Assembly (NCBI GenBank): GCA_944386185.1
Contig: CALXAF010000195.1
Coordinates: 1 to 44,835 of the forward strand
Source of the DNA: an uncultured Oscillospiraceae bacterium
GTDB lineage: Bacteria > Bacillota > Clostridia > Oscillospirales > Oscillospiraceae
Direction: 5' to 3'
Length of the DNA: 44,835 nucleotides
Within the stretch, counting starts at the first letter, position 1. Every line of letters starts with the position of its first letter. The notes below the pieces were generated by a model. That model had not been told where the DNA came from and did no database searches. It saw only the letters and a program-made list of their open reading frames with translations. Of the stretch, positions 8,723 through 18,053 are shown one piece after another. Made by a program: the position numbers and the translations under genes.

Positions 8723-9418
8723 TCACTCCCCCGAGCGTTCTTTTTTACCTTTTGCGATCATGCCTAGTCCCCTAGATATATAGTGGGCCAGGAATACAAA
8801 CAACCCCATTATCGCCACATATTCCAGGAAGAAGAGTGCCGTCGGCTTATCGTAGTCAAAGAACACAAAGTGGGTGGTAAGGAACATATAGGATAGGAAC
8901 TGGTTCTCTATAAAGGCCAAGAGCCCGTATACCGCAAACGCCGCGCCGCATATGACCAGGGCCGTCCTGGCGGTTTTGGACATCTCCTTTCCCCGCCTCT
9001 TTCTTATCATCCCCAGTACCATATTCCAGTGGAGGCCCAGATGAACGGCCATCAACACAAATCCCCAAAAGACTGATGATATGTGTATCTGCCTGTCAAT
9101 AGCAAGGCCTCCGGATATGCCAAGGAATGAGAATACCTCTCTTGAGAGCACTATGCCGCTTACCATCATACACAGCATGGAGATAAGCAGGGCCGTATTC
9201 ACCAGTGTGTGAAATATTCTGGCAGGCGAACACCGTCCCCGGACCAAGCCCCTATACCATCTGGCGTTGAGGATGTGGTGGAGTATCCACAGTATAAATA
9301 TCCCAGCCCCCAGCCACTCGTGGGCTGTCTCCCCTGTGATCTGCCTCGCCATGAGAACCAGCATCAGAATGGTCTCGGCCACATCCACAGATATCTTAAA
9401 TATCATCTTTGATTTCAC
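8723..9418 (-). CDS. DUF4405-type integral membrane protein
   Basis: ITGETAHEWLGAGIFILWILHHILNARWY, multi-TM. GTG start after GGGGGA. Confidence 0.65.
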   Translation of the reverse strand: MKSKMIFKISVDVAETILMLVLMARQITGETAHEWLGAGIFILWILHHILNARWYRGLVRGRCSPARIFHTLVNTALLISMLCMMVSGIVLSREVFSFLGISGGLAIDRQIHISSVFWGFVLMAVHLGLHWNMVLGMIRKRRGKEMSKTARTALVICGAAFAVYGLLAFIENQFLSYMFLTTHFVFFDYDKPTALFFLEYVAIMGLFVFLAHYISRGLGMIAKGKKERSGE

Positions 9419-9461
9419 AAAACTTCCCCCAAAGGCCCACCTGAGAAACGGCGGGCCTTAT

Positions 9462-9653
9462 TTATATTCCCAGTTCTGTCAGCCACTCAGTCACTGCGCT
9501 CTGGGCCTCAGACACGCTGTTTCTGGATATTGACAGCCCATTCTCTATGACCGCGGCCTCTGGCTGCAGGTCCTGGATTGTACTTATCGTCCTTGAGAAA
9601 CCACTGCCGCCGTACACATAAACCGCCTGCGAGATAAGATCGAGCAGGACCCG
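9462..9653 (-). pseudogene. C-terminal remnant (about 63 codons) of a flavodoxin-like gene; no start codon or N-terminal part
   Basis: Minus-strand frame ending at TAA 9464-9462 reads [63 protein letters not shown]. This resembles C-termini of short flavodoxin-fold proteins. The frame is closed upstream by a stop at 9656-9654, and there is no Met. Confidence 0.55.
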
Positions 9654-9725
9654 TCACATCCGCGGTATATAGAGACCGTGTGGGGCGCCGGATACAGATT
9701 CAAGCCATAAAAATGAGGTGATCTC

Positions 9726-10595
9726 ATGCTCTGGCTTTTTTTCGCCCTGGGTTCGGCCTTTTTTGCCGGTGTTACTGCGATACTGGCAAAGATAGGTATC
9801 CAGAATGTTAACTCAACTCTGGCCACCGCCCTCAGGACGGTGGTGGTACTTATATTCTCCTGGCTCATGGTGTTCATCGTCGCCTCCCAGGATACCGTAG
9901 GTCAGATCTCAGGGAGGACACTCCTGTTCCTCATACTGTCGGGACTGTCCACCGGTGCCTCCTGGCTCTGCTATTTCAGGGCGCTCCAGGTTGGGAACGT
10001 GAACCGTGTGGCTCCTATTGACAAGTCCAGCACCGTACTCACGATCCTGATGGCCTTCATATTCCTTGGTGAGCCCATCTCCCTGCCTCAGGTCATCGGC
10101 GTTATTGGAATCGGTGCCGGTACACTTCTCATGATCTCAAAAGATGGTTCCAGCGGGGAAGCTGAACCCGCCGGTAGAAAAGGCTGGCTTCTCCCCGCCA
10201 TTCTTTCGGCTCTTTTTGCCAGCCTCACTTCCATATTCGGAAAGCTCGGCGTAGAACAGGTGGAGTCGAACCTGGCCACCGCTATGCGGACAGTTGTCGT
10301 CCTGGCCATGGCATGGCTCATGGTGTTTGTCACCCGTTCCCAGAGTGGCATCCGCAAGATAAGCCGCAGAAGCTGGCTCTTTCTGATCCTCTCAGGCGTC
10401 ACAACGGGTCTCTCGTGGCTCTGTTACTACCGGGCGCTCCAGGACGGCCCAGCCAGCGTTGTCGTACCGATAGACAAGCTAAGCATCCTGGTGACCATCA
10501 TTTTTTCGGCTCTCGTCCTCAAGGAGAAGCTGCGCCCCAGGGCCACCCTGGGGCTTGTGCTCTTAGTTGCCGGCACAGTGGCCATGCTCTTCTAA
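9726..10595 (+). CDS. EamA/DMT superfamily transporter (two EamA repeats)
   Basis: About 10 TM segments. The two halves are visibly homologous (ATALRTVVVLIFSWLMVF vs ATAMRTVVVLAMAWLMVF; LSTGASWLCYFRALQ vs VTTGLSWLCYYRALQ). GAGGTGA RBS. Confidence 0.88.
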   Translation: MLWLFFALGSAFFAGVTAILAKIGIQNVNSTLATALRTVVVLIFSWLMVFIVASQDTVGQISGRTLLFLILSGLSTGASWLCYFRALQVGNVNRVAPIDKSSTVLTILMAFIFLGEPISLPQVIGVIGIGAGTLLMISKDGSSGEAEPAGRKGWLLPAILSALFASLTSIFGKLGVEQVESNLATAMRTVVVLAMAWLMVFVTRSQSGIRKISRRSWLFLILSGVTTGLSWLCYYRALQDGPASVVVPIDKLSILVTIIFSALVLKEKLRPRATLGLVLLVAGTVAMLF

Positions 10596-12027
10596 AAACC
10601 GGCGTATTTCGGAGGTGGACCCTACGAGTTCATATCGACGTCTTATATCCAACACCTTTCTCTTCTCTGTGAGCACCTTCGGCTCAAGGATACTTGTCTT
10701 CCTGCTAACCCCATTCTACACAAGTGTCCTCTCAGAGGCTGAGTACGGTGTCACCGACCTTATAATCCAGACCGGCAATTTCCTAATACCACTGGTCTCC
10801 ATGGGTATTCTAAACGCCGTACTGCGTTTCGGCCTGGAGAGGGATTCTGACAGGAAATGCGTCTTCACCACCGGCCTTCTGGTGGTTGGCGCTGGGGAAG
10901 CGCTGCTTATACTCTTCTCCCCCCTGCTTCAGAACATCGGGCTCATGGAGGACCACACCCTGCTGCTTCTCCTCTATGTTCTCATGGCAAACCTGCACTC
11001 CCTGTGCGGCTATACCGCCCAGGCCATGGGGCATGTGCGGCTCTTCGCCATCAGTGGGATACTGTGCACCGCCCTTGTAGCCGGGCTCAATATCCTCATG
11101 CTCTCGGTGTTCCACATGGGTATCACCGGGTATATACTCTCCAACGTGATAGCGGACGGCCTCACAGCCCTGCTGCTGTTTCTGGCACTCCGGATGTGGC
11201 GGCTCTTCAGTCTCCCATCCCTGCGCCGCGGCCTTATCAGCTCTATGTTCCGCTACTGCCTGCCCCTCATTCCCTCGACTGTCTGTTCCTGGATAATCAA
11301 CATTTCAGATCGCTATTTTATCTCATACATGATAGGCACGGACGTGTCCGGCACTTACGCTGTGGCTGGAAAGATAGCCACCATACTGTTGATCGTCTCC
11401 GGTATCTTCACCTCCGCCTGGCAGCTCTCCATCCTGCGGGAGCGGGAGGGGGCGCAGCGGGAGCGGTTCTTCTCCAACGTGTACTCGGTTTACGAGGCCG
11501 GGGTGCTGATAGGCGCCGGAGTGCTGATGGCCGCCTCGAGGCTCATCATGCGTTTCCTGGCCGCCTCCAGCTACTATCAGGGCTGGCACTACGCCCCTCT
11601 GCTGCTCCTCGGGACAGCTGTGGCGTGCCTGGGCTCCTTCTTCTCATCTGTATATGTGGCCGAAAAGCACACATCCGCCACACTTGTCACCACCCTCATC
11701 GGCGCCCTGACAAATCTTGCTGGCAACGCCCTGCTGATACCGCGCTATGGAGCTATCGGCGCCGCCGCGGCTACCTTCGTAAGCTACCTTCTTATATTTC
11801 TCACCCGCGCCATACACTCCCGCAAGCTGCTGAAAGTGAGTTGGAGTATCCCCAGGTTTGTAATCAGCATGGTCGTGCTTATGGCGGAGTGCTATCTGGT
11901 GGAAAGGGAGATGACTATTCCCTCCATCATCTGCTGCGCCGTCCTTGTCCTCATCCACCTGCCCTCCCTGCTGTGGGCTCTGAGAAGCGGTATCCTGGAG
12001 CTTCTTCCCGGGAGGCGGCGTGATTGA
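10567..12027 (+). CDS. Polysaccharide-biosynthesis flippase (Wzx/MOP superfamily)
   Basis: Multi-TM protein with N-terminal LISNTFLFSVSTFGSRILVFLLTPFYTSVLSEAEYG, typical of oligosaccharide flippases. Start is uncertain: TTG 10567 overlaps the EamA gene, and GTG 10615 is an alternative. Confidence 0.8.
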   Translation: MPAQWPCSSKNRRISEVDPTSSYRRLISNTFLFSVSTFGSRILVFLLTPFYTSVLSEAEYGVTDLIIQTGNFLIPLVSMGILNAVLRFGLERDSDRKCVFTTGLLVVGAGEALLILFSPLLQNIGLMEDHTLLLLLYVLMANLHSLCGYTAQAMGHVRLFAISGILCTALVAGLNILMLSVFHMGITGYILSNVIADGLTALLLFLALRMWRLFSLPSLRRGLISSMFRYCLPLIPSTVCSWIINISDRYFISYMIGTDVSGTYAVAGKIATILLIVSGIFTSAWQLSILREREGAQRERFFSNVYSVYEAGVLIGAGVLMAASRLIMRFLAASSYYQGWHYAPLLLLGTAVACLGSFFSSVYVAEKHTSATLVTTLIGALTNLAGNALLIPRYGAIGAAAATFVSYLLIFLTRAIHSRKLLKVSWSIPRFVISMVVLMAECYLVEREMTIPSIICCAVLVLIHLPSLLWALRSGILELLPGRRRD

Positions 12028-12074
12028 GAGACGCTCCGCAGCACTTTTAAGCCAAAACTTTATCTGCCTATGGA

Positions 12075-12116
12075 AAAAGCCACTCTGACGCGCGTTGGCG
12101 TCAGAGTGGCTTTTAT
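12075..12116. terminator. Bidirectional terminator between the flippase and acyl-CoA ligase genes
   Basis: A5-GCCACTCTGACGC...GCGTCAGAGTGGC-T4ATTTT. Confidence 0.85.
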
Positions 12117-12144
12117 TTTAAATAGCTTAGGTCTCAGCGGCTCT

Positions 12145-13779
12145 TCATTCTCCCCGCTGTTCTATCTTGCGTATCTTGCCGCTTATGGTCTTCGGCATCT
12201 CGTGCACGAATTCCACTGTCCGTATCCACTTGTACTCCGCTATCCGGCTGTTACAGAACTCCCGTATCTCCTTCTGCAGCTCAAGGGACGGTTCGAATCC
12301 CGGGGCTAGGACTATTATGGCCTTGATGGCCTGTCCCCGGAGCTTGTCAGGTATGCCAACCACGGAACACTCCATAACGGCCGGGTGCTCCATCAGCACG
12401 TTCTCTATCTCAAACGGCCCTACGCGGAATCCGCCGGTCTTTATTACATCGTCGATCCGGCCGTTGAACCAGTAGTAGCCCTCCTCGTCTCTCCAGGCGG
12501 TGTCGCCGGTGTGGTATATGCCGCCACGCCACACATACTCGTAGAGTTCCGGATTCCCGTTATACTCACTGAATATCCCGGCCTGGCGCTTTCCTCCTGT
12601 TGGGGGCACTATGACTATCTCCCCCAGCTCCCCGGCAGCGGCGTACTGTCCGTCGTCTTTAAGAAGCTCCACATGGTAGAGCGGTGTTGGCTTTCCCATG
12701 GAACCCGGGTGGGATGTGGAACCCACAAGGTTTGCCAGTATGAGCGTGGACTCTGTCTGGCCAAACCCCTCCATCAGCGTAAGGCCCGTCTGCTCCTTAA
12801 AGAGGCGGAAAACCTCAGGGTTCAGCGCCTCACCGGCTGTGGTGACGTACTTGAGGCTGGGCATATCCACAATGCCCTTCTTCACCAAATACCTGTAAAT
12901 CGTGGGCGGCGCACAAAAACTGGTGACAGAGTATCTATTAACGATTGTCATAAGCTGCTTTGGATCAAAGTTATCAAAGTCAAAGACCATGACGGCGCAC
13001 CCGCACAGCCACTGTCCATATATCTTTCCCCAGGATGCCTTGCCCCAGCCAGTCTCGGCCACGGTCAGATGCAGTCCACCGTCCTCCACATTCTGCCAGT
13101 ATTTTGCCGTGAGTATATGTGCAAGAGAGTAGGTGTGGTCGTGGATCACGCCCTTTGGGTATCCGGTTGTGCCGGAGGTGAAATACATTATCATAGGCTC
13201 CGTGGCCAGGGTGTACTCCCGCTCCATAGTGTCGGACGCGGCCTCTACCTGTGAGGTGAGATCCATGAAGCCCTGGGCCTCGCCCTCGATTGTCCAGGCC
13301 GCTGTGACGCTCTCTGTCCTTGATATGGCCTGGGACACGTGGGAGAGTATGGCCTCGTCGTGGACGCACACCACTCCCTTTATATCCGCGGCCTCGATCC
13401 TGTAGACAATATCGTCTGCCGTAAGCATATGGGTGACCGGTATGAGCACCGCACCCAGCTTGTGCAGCGCGACAGCGGTGTACCAATACTCATAGCACCG
13501 CTTGAGCATCACCATTACCCTGTCGCCCTTCTTTATGCCGTGGGCACGGAACACGTTTGCCGCCCTGGTGCTGAGGGAAGAGATATCCCCAAAGGTGAAG
13601 ATACGCTCCCGCCCCTCGGTGTTGCACCACACAAGGGCTCGCTTCTTTGGCTCCTGGCGGGCGATCTCGTCCACCACATCGTATCCGAAATTATAATTGT
13701 AGGGGTATTTCAGCTGGAAATCGCGGAGTATCCCCTTCTCGTCAAAAGTTTCCTCACAAAACTGCCTGTATATACTCAT
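12145..13779 (-). CDS. AMP-forming acyl-CoA synthetase (medium-chain/ACSM-like)
   Basis: AMP-binding motif YFTSGTTGYPKGV, GYYWFNGRIDDVIK, C-terminal PKTISGKIRK. Confidence 0.9.
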   Translation of the reverse strand: MSIYRQFCEETFDEKGILRDFQLKYPYNYNFGYDVVDEIARQEPKKRALVWCNTEGRERIFTFGDISSLSTRAANVFRAHGIKKGDRVMVMLKRCYEYWYTAVALHKLGAVLIPVTHMLTADDIVYRIEAADIKGVVCVHDEAILSHVSQAISRTESVTAAWTIEGEAQGFMDLTSQVEAASDTMEREYTLATEPMIMYFTSGTTGYPKGVIHDHTYSLAHILTAKYWQNVEDGGLHLTVAETGWGKASWGKIYGQWLCGCAVMVFDFDNFDPKQLMTIVNRYSVTSFCAPPTIYRYLVKKGIVDMPSLKYVTTAGEALNPEVFRLFKEQTGLTLMEGFGQTESTLILANLVGSTSHPGSMGKPTPLYHVELLKDDGQYAAAGELGEIVIVPPTGGKRQAGIFSEYNGNPELYEYVWRGGIYHTGDTAWRDEEGYYWFNGRIDDVIKTGGFRVGPFEIENVLMEHPAVMECSVVGIPDKLRGQAIKAIIVLAPGFEPSLELQKEIREFCNSRIAEYKWIRTVEFVHEMPKTISGKIRKIEQRGE

Positions 13780-13789
13780 AAGTTTCTAT

Positions 13790-14221
13790 CTATTCCTTCT
13801 CCTGGATCTTCACGGCTCTCTCGTAAAACTCCGGATATTTCCTCTTTAGATTTACCGGGACGCGAGTGTCAGTGTCCAAAAAACAGTGGCCGCTCTCGCC
13901 TGTGGCGCAGGGCTTTTCGTCGCCTTCCCTGTAGATGGTGTAGCTGAACGATGCGCGCACCCCGTTAAAGGCGGTGAGGCGCGTCCTCACATGGATGGTG
14001 TCGTCAAAACGCAGCGGCGTTATATACTTTGCCGAGACGCTTGTCACAGGCATTATTATCCCTTTGGCCTCCATCTCGGTGTACTCGTAGCCCAGAGAGC
14101 GCATATAGTCCATCCTGGCCTCCTCCATAATCCTTATATAGTTGGAGTGGTGGACTATGCCCATGTTGTCTGTCTCATAGTAGAAGATGCGCCTTGTATA
14201 CAGCGCCTCCCTCTCCGCCAT
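13790..14221 (-). CDS. 4HBT/YbgC-type hot-dog acyl-CoA (or acyl-ACP) thioesterase
   Basis: YYETDNMGIVHHSNYIRIMEEAR motif. ATG overlaps the accA stop (TGATG). Confidence 0.85.
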   Translation of the reverse strand: MAEREALYTRRIFYYETDNMGIVHHSNYIRIMEEARMDYMRSLGYEYTEMEAKGIIMPVTSVSAKYITPLRFDDTIHVRTRLTAFNGVRASFSYTIYREGDEKPCATGESGHCFLDTDTRVPVNLKRKYPEFYERAVKIQEKE

Positions 14222-15045
14222 CAGGCATCGCCCCCGGTCTCAGGCACGCCCAGGTTCCTGAACCGCTCAAATCTCCGGCGGCTCAGCTCCTGTATTTCAA
14301 GGCTGGAGAGTTCTCTCAGCTCCCTTGAGATTTTCACGCGGAGCTTGTCGTAAAATGTATCCTTACCAAGCTCCTGCTCTGGGATTATATCCTCTATAAC
14401 GCCAAGAGCAAGCGCGTCCTGGGCGGTGAGCTTCAGGCTCTCGGCGGCCTCTTCGGCCTTTGAGGCGTCCTTCCAGAGTATGCTGGCGCACCCCTCAGGT
14501 GATATAACTGAGTACACGGCATTCTCCAGCATCCACACCCTGTCGGCGACGGCCAGGGCCAGGGCCCCGCCGCTGCCGCCCTCGCCGATTAGGATGGAGA
14601 TAGCCGGCGTCTTCAGGGCCATCATGCCGGTTATGCACTCGGCGATAGCCTGGCCCTCACCACGCTCCTCGGCCCCGATGCCGCAGTAAGCGCCTGAGGT
14701 GTCAACAAGGCATATGACCGGCCTTCCAAATTTCTCGGCCTGACGCATAAGCCGCAGGGCCTTCCTGTAGCCCTCCGGGTGCGGCGCGCCGAAGTTGTGG
14801 GCCACCCGCTCCTTGGAGGTACGCCCCTTCTCTATCGCGATGACGGTTACAGGCCGGCTATCCAGCAGGGCTATGCCCCCCACTATCGCCTTATCGTCGG
14901 CGTAGGCCCTGTCACCATGCAGCTCAATGAAGTCGGTGAACATATGCTCGATATAGTCCACCCCGGTCGGCCTGCCATTCTGACGGGCCGATTTCACCCT
15001 GTCGTAAGCCTTTACGGGTCCCTTAGCCAACCTTTTCACCTCCAC
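14221..15045 (-). CDS. accA: Acetyl-CoA carboxylase carboxyltransferase subunit alpha
   Basis: VDTSGAYCGIGAEERGEGQAIA and GEGGSGGALA motifs. Start is uncertain among GTG 15045, GTG 15039 and TTG 15030. Confidence 0.93.
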   Translation of the reverse strand: MEVKRLAKGPVKAYDRVKSARQNGRPTGVDYIEHMFTDFIELHGDRAYADDKAIVGGIALLDSRPVTVIAIEKGRTSKERVAHNFGAPHPEGYRKALRLMRQAEKFGRPVICLVDTSGAYCGIGAEERGEGQAIAECITGMMALKTPAISILIGEGGSGGALALAVADRVWMLENAVYSVISPEGCASILWKDASKAEEAAESLKLTAQDALALGVIEDIIPEQELGKDTFYDKLRVKISRELRELSSLEIQELSRRRFERFRNLGVPETGGDA

Positions 15046-15892
15046 TGTGCATCTTCAGCAGCTTTGTCACCGTCTCTTTCTGTATGTTCCTTGGCACTAT
15101 CGCGTCAACAAAACCGTGCTCCATAACGAACTCCGCCTTCTGGAAACCGGCGGGCAGCTTCTTCCTGACAGTCTGCTCTATCACCCTGGGGCCGGCAAAA
15201 CCTATGAGGGCGCCTGGCTCGGCCAGTATGATATCGCCCTCCATGGCGAAGCTCGCAGTGACGCCTCCGGTGGTCGGGTCAGTTATCACAGTCAGATAGA
15301 AAAGCCCCGCCTCAGAGTGACGGCGTACAGCCCCGCTGGTCTTGGCCATCTGCATCAGGGAGAGTATCCCCTCCTGCATCCTAGCCCCACCAGATACGGT
15401 ATATCCCACCACCGGCAGGCCCAATTTTGTGGCCTGCTCGAAAGTACGGGTGATCTTCTCCCCCACCACAGTTCCCATAGAACCCATCATAAAGTATGGT
15501 TCCATGATGAAGATACAACAGTCTACCCCGCCTATCTTTGTCCTGCCGCAGACAACAGCCTCAGTCTCGCTGCTTGCGTTCCTGGTGTTCTCCAGCTTTG
15601 CCGTATACCCGGGAAAGCCCAGCACATCCCGTGAGGCAAGTCCCCCGTCCCACTCCTCAAAAGTGTCCTGATCGCAGATAAAGTTTATCCTCTGGCGCGC
15701 GTTCATCCTGAAGTGATATCCGCACTCGCATGTGTTGTGGTTTGCCCAGAGCTGGGATAGCGGCACCATCTTCCGGCAGTTTGGACAGGGCTTGGAGGGC
15801 TCGTTCTCGTCCGCGCTGGCGACCTCCGCAGACTGGCGCCCGCCCTTCTCCAGTTCATTTTTGGGCTTGAAAAGGAACTCTATAAACGGCAC
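15023..15892 (-). CDS. accD: Acetyl-CoA carboxylase carboxyltransferase subunit beta
   Basis: N-terminal zinc ribbon CPNC...CECGYH, then GGARMQEG. GTG start after a GAGGTG RBS. Confidence 0.93.
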   Translation of the reverse strand: MPFIEFLFKPKNELEKGGRQSAEVASADENEPSKPCPNCRKMVPLSQLWANHNTCECGYHFRMNARQRINFICDQDTFEEWDGGLASRDVLGFPGYTAKLENTRNASSETEAVVCGRTKIGGVDCCIFIMEPYFMMGSMGTVVGEKITRTFEQATKLGLPVVGYTVSGGARMQEGILSLMQMAKTSGAVRRHSEAGLFYLTVITDPTTGGVTASFAMEGDIILAEPGALIGFAGPRVIEQTVRKKLPAGFQKAEFVMEHGFVDAIVPRNIQKETVTKLLKMHSGGEKVG

Positions 15893-15902
15893 TTATAACA
15901 CC

Positions 15903-17204
15903 TCACTTGGCAAAAAAGGATAAGTCATAGCTTCCGTCCCGGAAACGCTTATCGTTGATTATATCTATCTGTTCCTCAATATTGTTGGGAACACCGTCGA
16001 TAACCAGCTCACAGAGGGCAGCCTGCATTTTCCGCAGTGCCTCTTCACGTGTGCCGGCATAGACTATGAGCTTCCCCAACAGGGAGTCATAATATGGAGA
16101 TATGCTAAATCCCGCAACAAGGAACGTGTCAAACCTGACAAATGGTCCCCCTGGCACGTGGAGAAAATTCACTTTTCCGGGAGCCAGGGCGTTTATACGG
16201 CACTCAATGGCGGAGCCGCGGAGGCTTATGTCCTCCTGCCTATACCCAAATGGTATGCCGGCAGCAACTCGTATCTGCCACTTGACCAGATCGATCTGGG
16301 TGAGTTCCTCTGTAACCGTGTGCTCCACCTGGAGGCGCACATTCATCTCCATGAAATAGAACTCCCCGCCGGCATATAGGAACTCCAGCGTCCCCACGCC
16401 CACGTAGCCTGTCTCCTTGACGGCGTGTGTTATTTTCTCAAACAGGGCCTGCCGCTTCTCCGGCGTCACAGCCGGGGAGGTGCTCTCCTCCACCAGCTTC
16501 TGGTTCTTCCTCTGGATGGAGCAGTCGCGCTCCCCGAGGCACACCACATTGCCCTCTTCATCGGCTATTATCTGCACCTCTATGTGCTTGGCGGGATACA
16601 GGTACTTCTCCATATATACGGCCCCGTCTCCGAAAGCGGCCTCGCCCTCGCTCACAGCGGAGTAAAAGGCGTTCTCCATCTGGCCGGCATCCTTCACAAG
16701 ACGTATGCCGCGGCCGCCCCCGCCGGAGCGGGCTTTCAGCATAACCGGATAGCCTATCTTGTCCGCGGCCCTCTGGGCCTCAGCCAGGGTAGAGAGGACC
16801 TGCGTGCCCGGTATGACCTGGAGGCCGGCCTCCTTCATGCGCCGCTTTGTCATCTCCTTGCTGGAGAGCGCCCGCATATTCTCTATAGACGGGCCTATGA
16901 ATACTATCCCGTTTTTAAGGCACATCTGGGCGAAATGCTCATTCTCCGAGAGGAACCCGTACCCTGGATGTATGGCCTGTGCGCCGGACACCTGGGCGGC
17001 TGAAATTATCCTGTCCTCCCTTAAATAACTGTCGACGGCCTCCGGCCCGCCTATGCAGTAGCTCTCGTCAGCCAGAGCCACGTGCAGGGCGTCAGAGTCG
17101 GCAGTGGAGTATACAGCCACAGTGGATATGCCCATCTCTTTACAGGCCCTTATTATCCTGACGGCTATCTCGCCTCGGTTGGCGATAAGTATCTTGGAAA
17201 ACAT
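15903..17204 (-). CDS. accC: Acetyl-CoA carboxylase biotin carboxylase subunit
   Basis: MFSKILIANRGEIAVRIIRACKEMGI, ATP-grasp core, EMNVRLQVEH. Confidence 0.95.
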   Translation of the reverse strand: MFSKILIANRGEIAVRIIRACKEMGISTVAVYSTADSDALHVALADESYCIGGPEAVDSYLREDRIISAAQVSGAQAIHPGYGFLSENEHFAQMCLKNGIVFIGPSIENMRALSSKEMTKRRMKEAGLQVIPGTQVLSTLAEAQRAADKIGYPVMLKARSGGGGRGIRLVKDAGQMENAFYSAVSEGEAAFGDGAVYMEKYLYPAKHIEVQIIADEEGNVVCLGERDCSIQRKNQKLVEESTSPAVTPEKRQALFEKITHAVKETGYVGVGTLEFLYAGGEFYFMEMNVRLQVEHTVTEELTQIDLVKWQIRVAAGIPFGYRQEDISLRGSAIECRINALAPGKVNFLHVPGGPFVRFDTFLVAGFSISPYYDSLLGKLIVYAGTREEALRKMQAALCELVIDGVPNNIEEQIDIINDKRFRDGSYDLSFFAK

Positions 17205-17207
17205 AGA

Positions 17208-17624
17208 TCACTCTCCTACAAGGGCGAAAGAGAACTCCGCCTTTACGCAGAGCTTTCCATCCACATAGCCCTCGCCCCGGGCAAAATAAAACGGCGGCTT
17301 TGCCCTTGTTATGCTGCACCTGGTCTCAAAGGTGTCTCCCGGCCGCACAGGGTTTTTAAAGCGCACCTTGTCGAGCCCCGTGTACATAGGCAGCTTGCCC
17401 TCAGATATGGCGTCCCGCATCAGGACACAGGCAGACTGGGCGAGTATCTCGCACAACACCACGCCGGGCACCACCGGATTTCCCGGGAAGTGCCCGTCCA
17501 GAAACCACTCGTCTCCTCTCACATGGTACTTGCCCACCGCCGTGTCGCCCTCAAGGGCCGACTCGTCTACCAGCAGCATCTTTCCCCTGTGTGGGAGTAT
17601 ATCCATTATCTCTTCGCGGTTCAA
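17208..17624 (-). CDS. fabZ: 3-hydroxyacyl-ACP dehydratase
   Basis: LPHRGKMLLVDE and GHFPGNPVVPGVVLCEILAQ. TTG start 8 nt after GGAGG. Confidence 0.93.
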   Translation of the reverse strand: MNREEIMDILPHRGKMLLVDESALEGDTAVGKYHVRGDEWFLDGHFPGNPVVPGVVLCEILAQSACVLMRDAISEGKLPMYTGLDKVRFKNPVRPGDTFETRCSITRAKPPFYFARGEGYVDGKLCVKAEFSFALVGE

Positions 17625-18053
17625 CTATTTTGCCTCCTTTATGCGGAACAGCACATGGCCGTAATCCACCACCTGGCTGTCCCCCACGCAGACCTGGGTT
17701 ATAACCCCGTCCCGATCAGAGGTGATCTCATTCATAAGCTTCATGGCCTCTATTATGCACAGGACATCGCCTTTGTGGACAGTGTCGCCCACCTTTACAA
17801 AGGGCTCGGCATTCTCCGCCGGCGCGCAGTAGAACACTCCCACCATTGGTGAAAGGAACTCGCTGCCATCATCCTCCGTGACGGCTGCCGCCGTAGCCGG
17901 GGGGGCGGCAGAAGCCTGGACCATCTGTGCCACCGGCGCGGCTGACTTCTCAAGGCGCACCGTGGCGCCGTTTTCAGTTATCTCAAGGCCAGTCAGTCCC
18001 AGCTCATCCATGAGCTTCGCATACTTTCTTATGCTCTTCTCTTCCATACTCAC
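17625..18053 (-). CDS. accB: Biotin carboxyl carrier protein
   Basis: Biotinyl-lysine motif CIIEAMKLMNEI and an Ala/Pro-rich linker. ATGA overlap with the fabF stop. Confidence 0.93.
   Translation of the reverse strand: MSMEEKSIRKYAKLMDELGLTGLEITENGATVRLEKSAAPVAQMVQASAAPPATAAAVTEDDGSEFLSPMVGVFYCAPAENAEPFVKVGDTVHKGDVLCIIEAMKLMNEITSDRDGVITQVCVGDSQVVDYGHVLFRIKEAK

Noticed and set aside
10857-12023. A 388-aa ORF on the same strand but in a different frame, fully nested in the flippase gene.
   Set aside because: The translation is Arg/Pro/His/Gly/Ala-rich junk with no RBS. The frame is offset by 2 from the flippase frame. A stop codon in it therefore needs T at a third codon position followed by an AAN, AGN or GAN codon. 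Both are rare in a GC3-biased gene for a hydrophobic membrane protein, so a long open alternative frame is expected by composition alone.
12385-13254. A 289-aa ORF antisense to the acyl-CoA synthetase gene. Similar long antisense ORFs occur at 17082-17852, 38297-39178 and 39343-40098.
   Set aside because: All are nested opposite genes with unambiguous family motifs. They have low-complexity Gly/Arg/His/Pro/Val-rich translations and lack RBS or promoter context. This is the typical stop-codon depletion on the antisense strand of GC-rich coding DNA.
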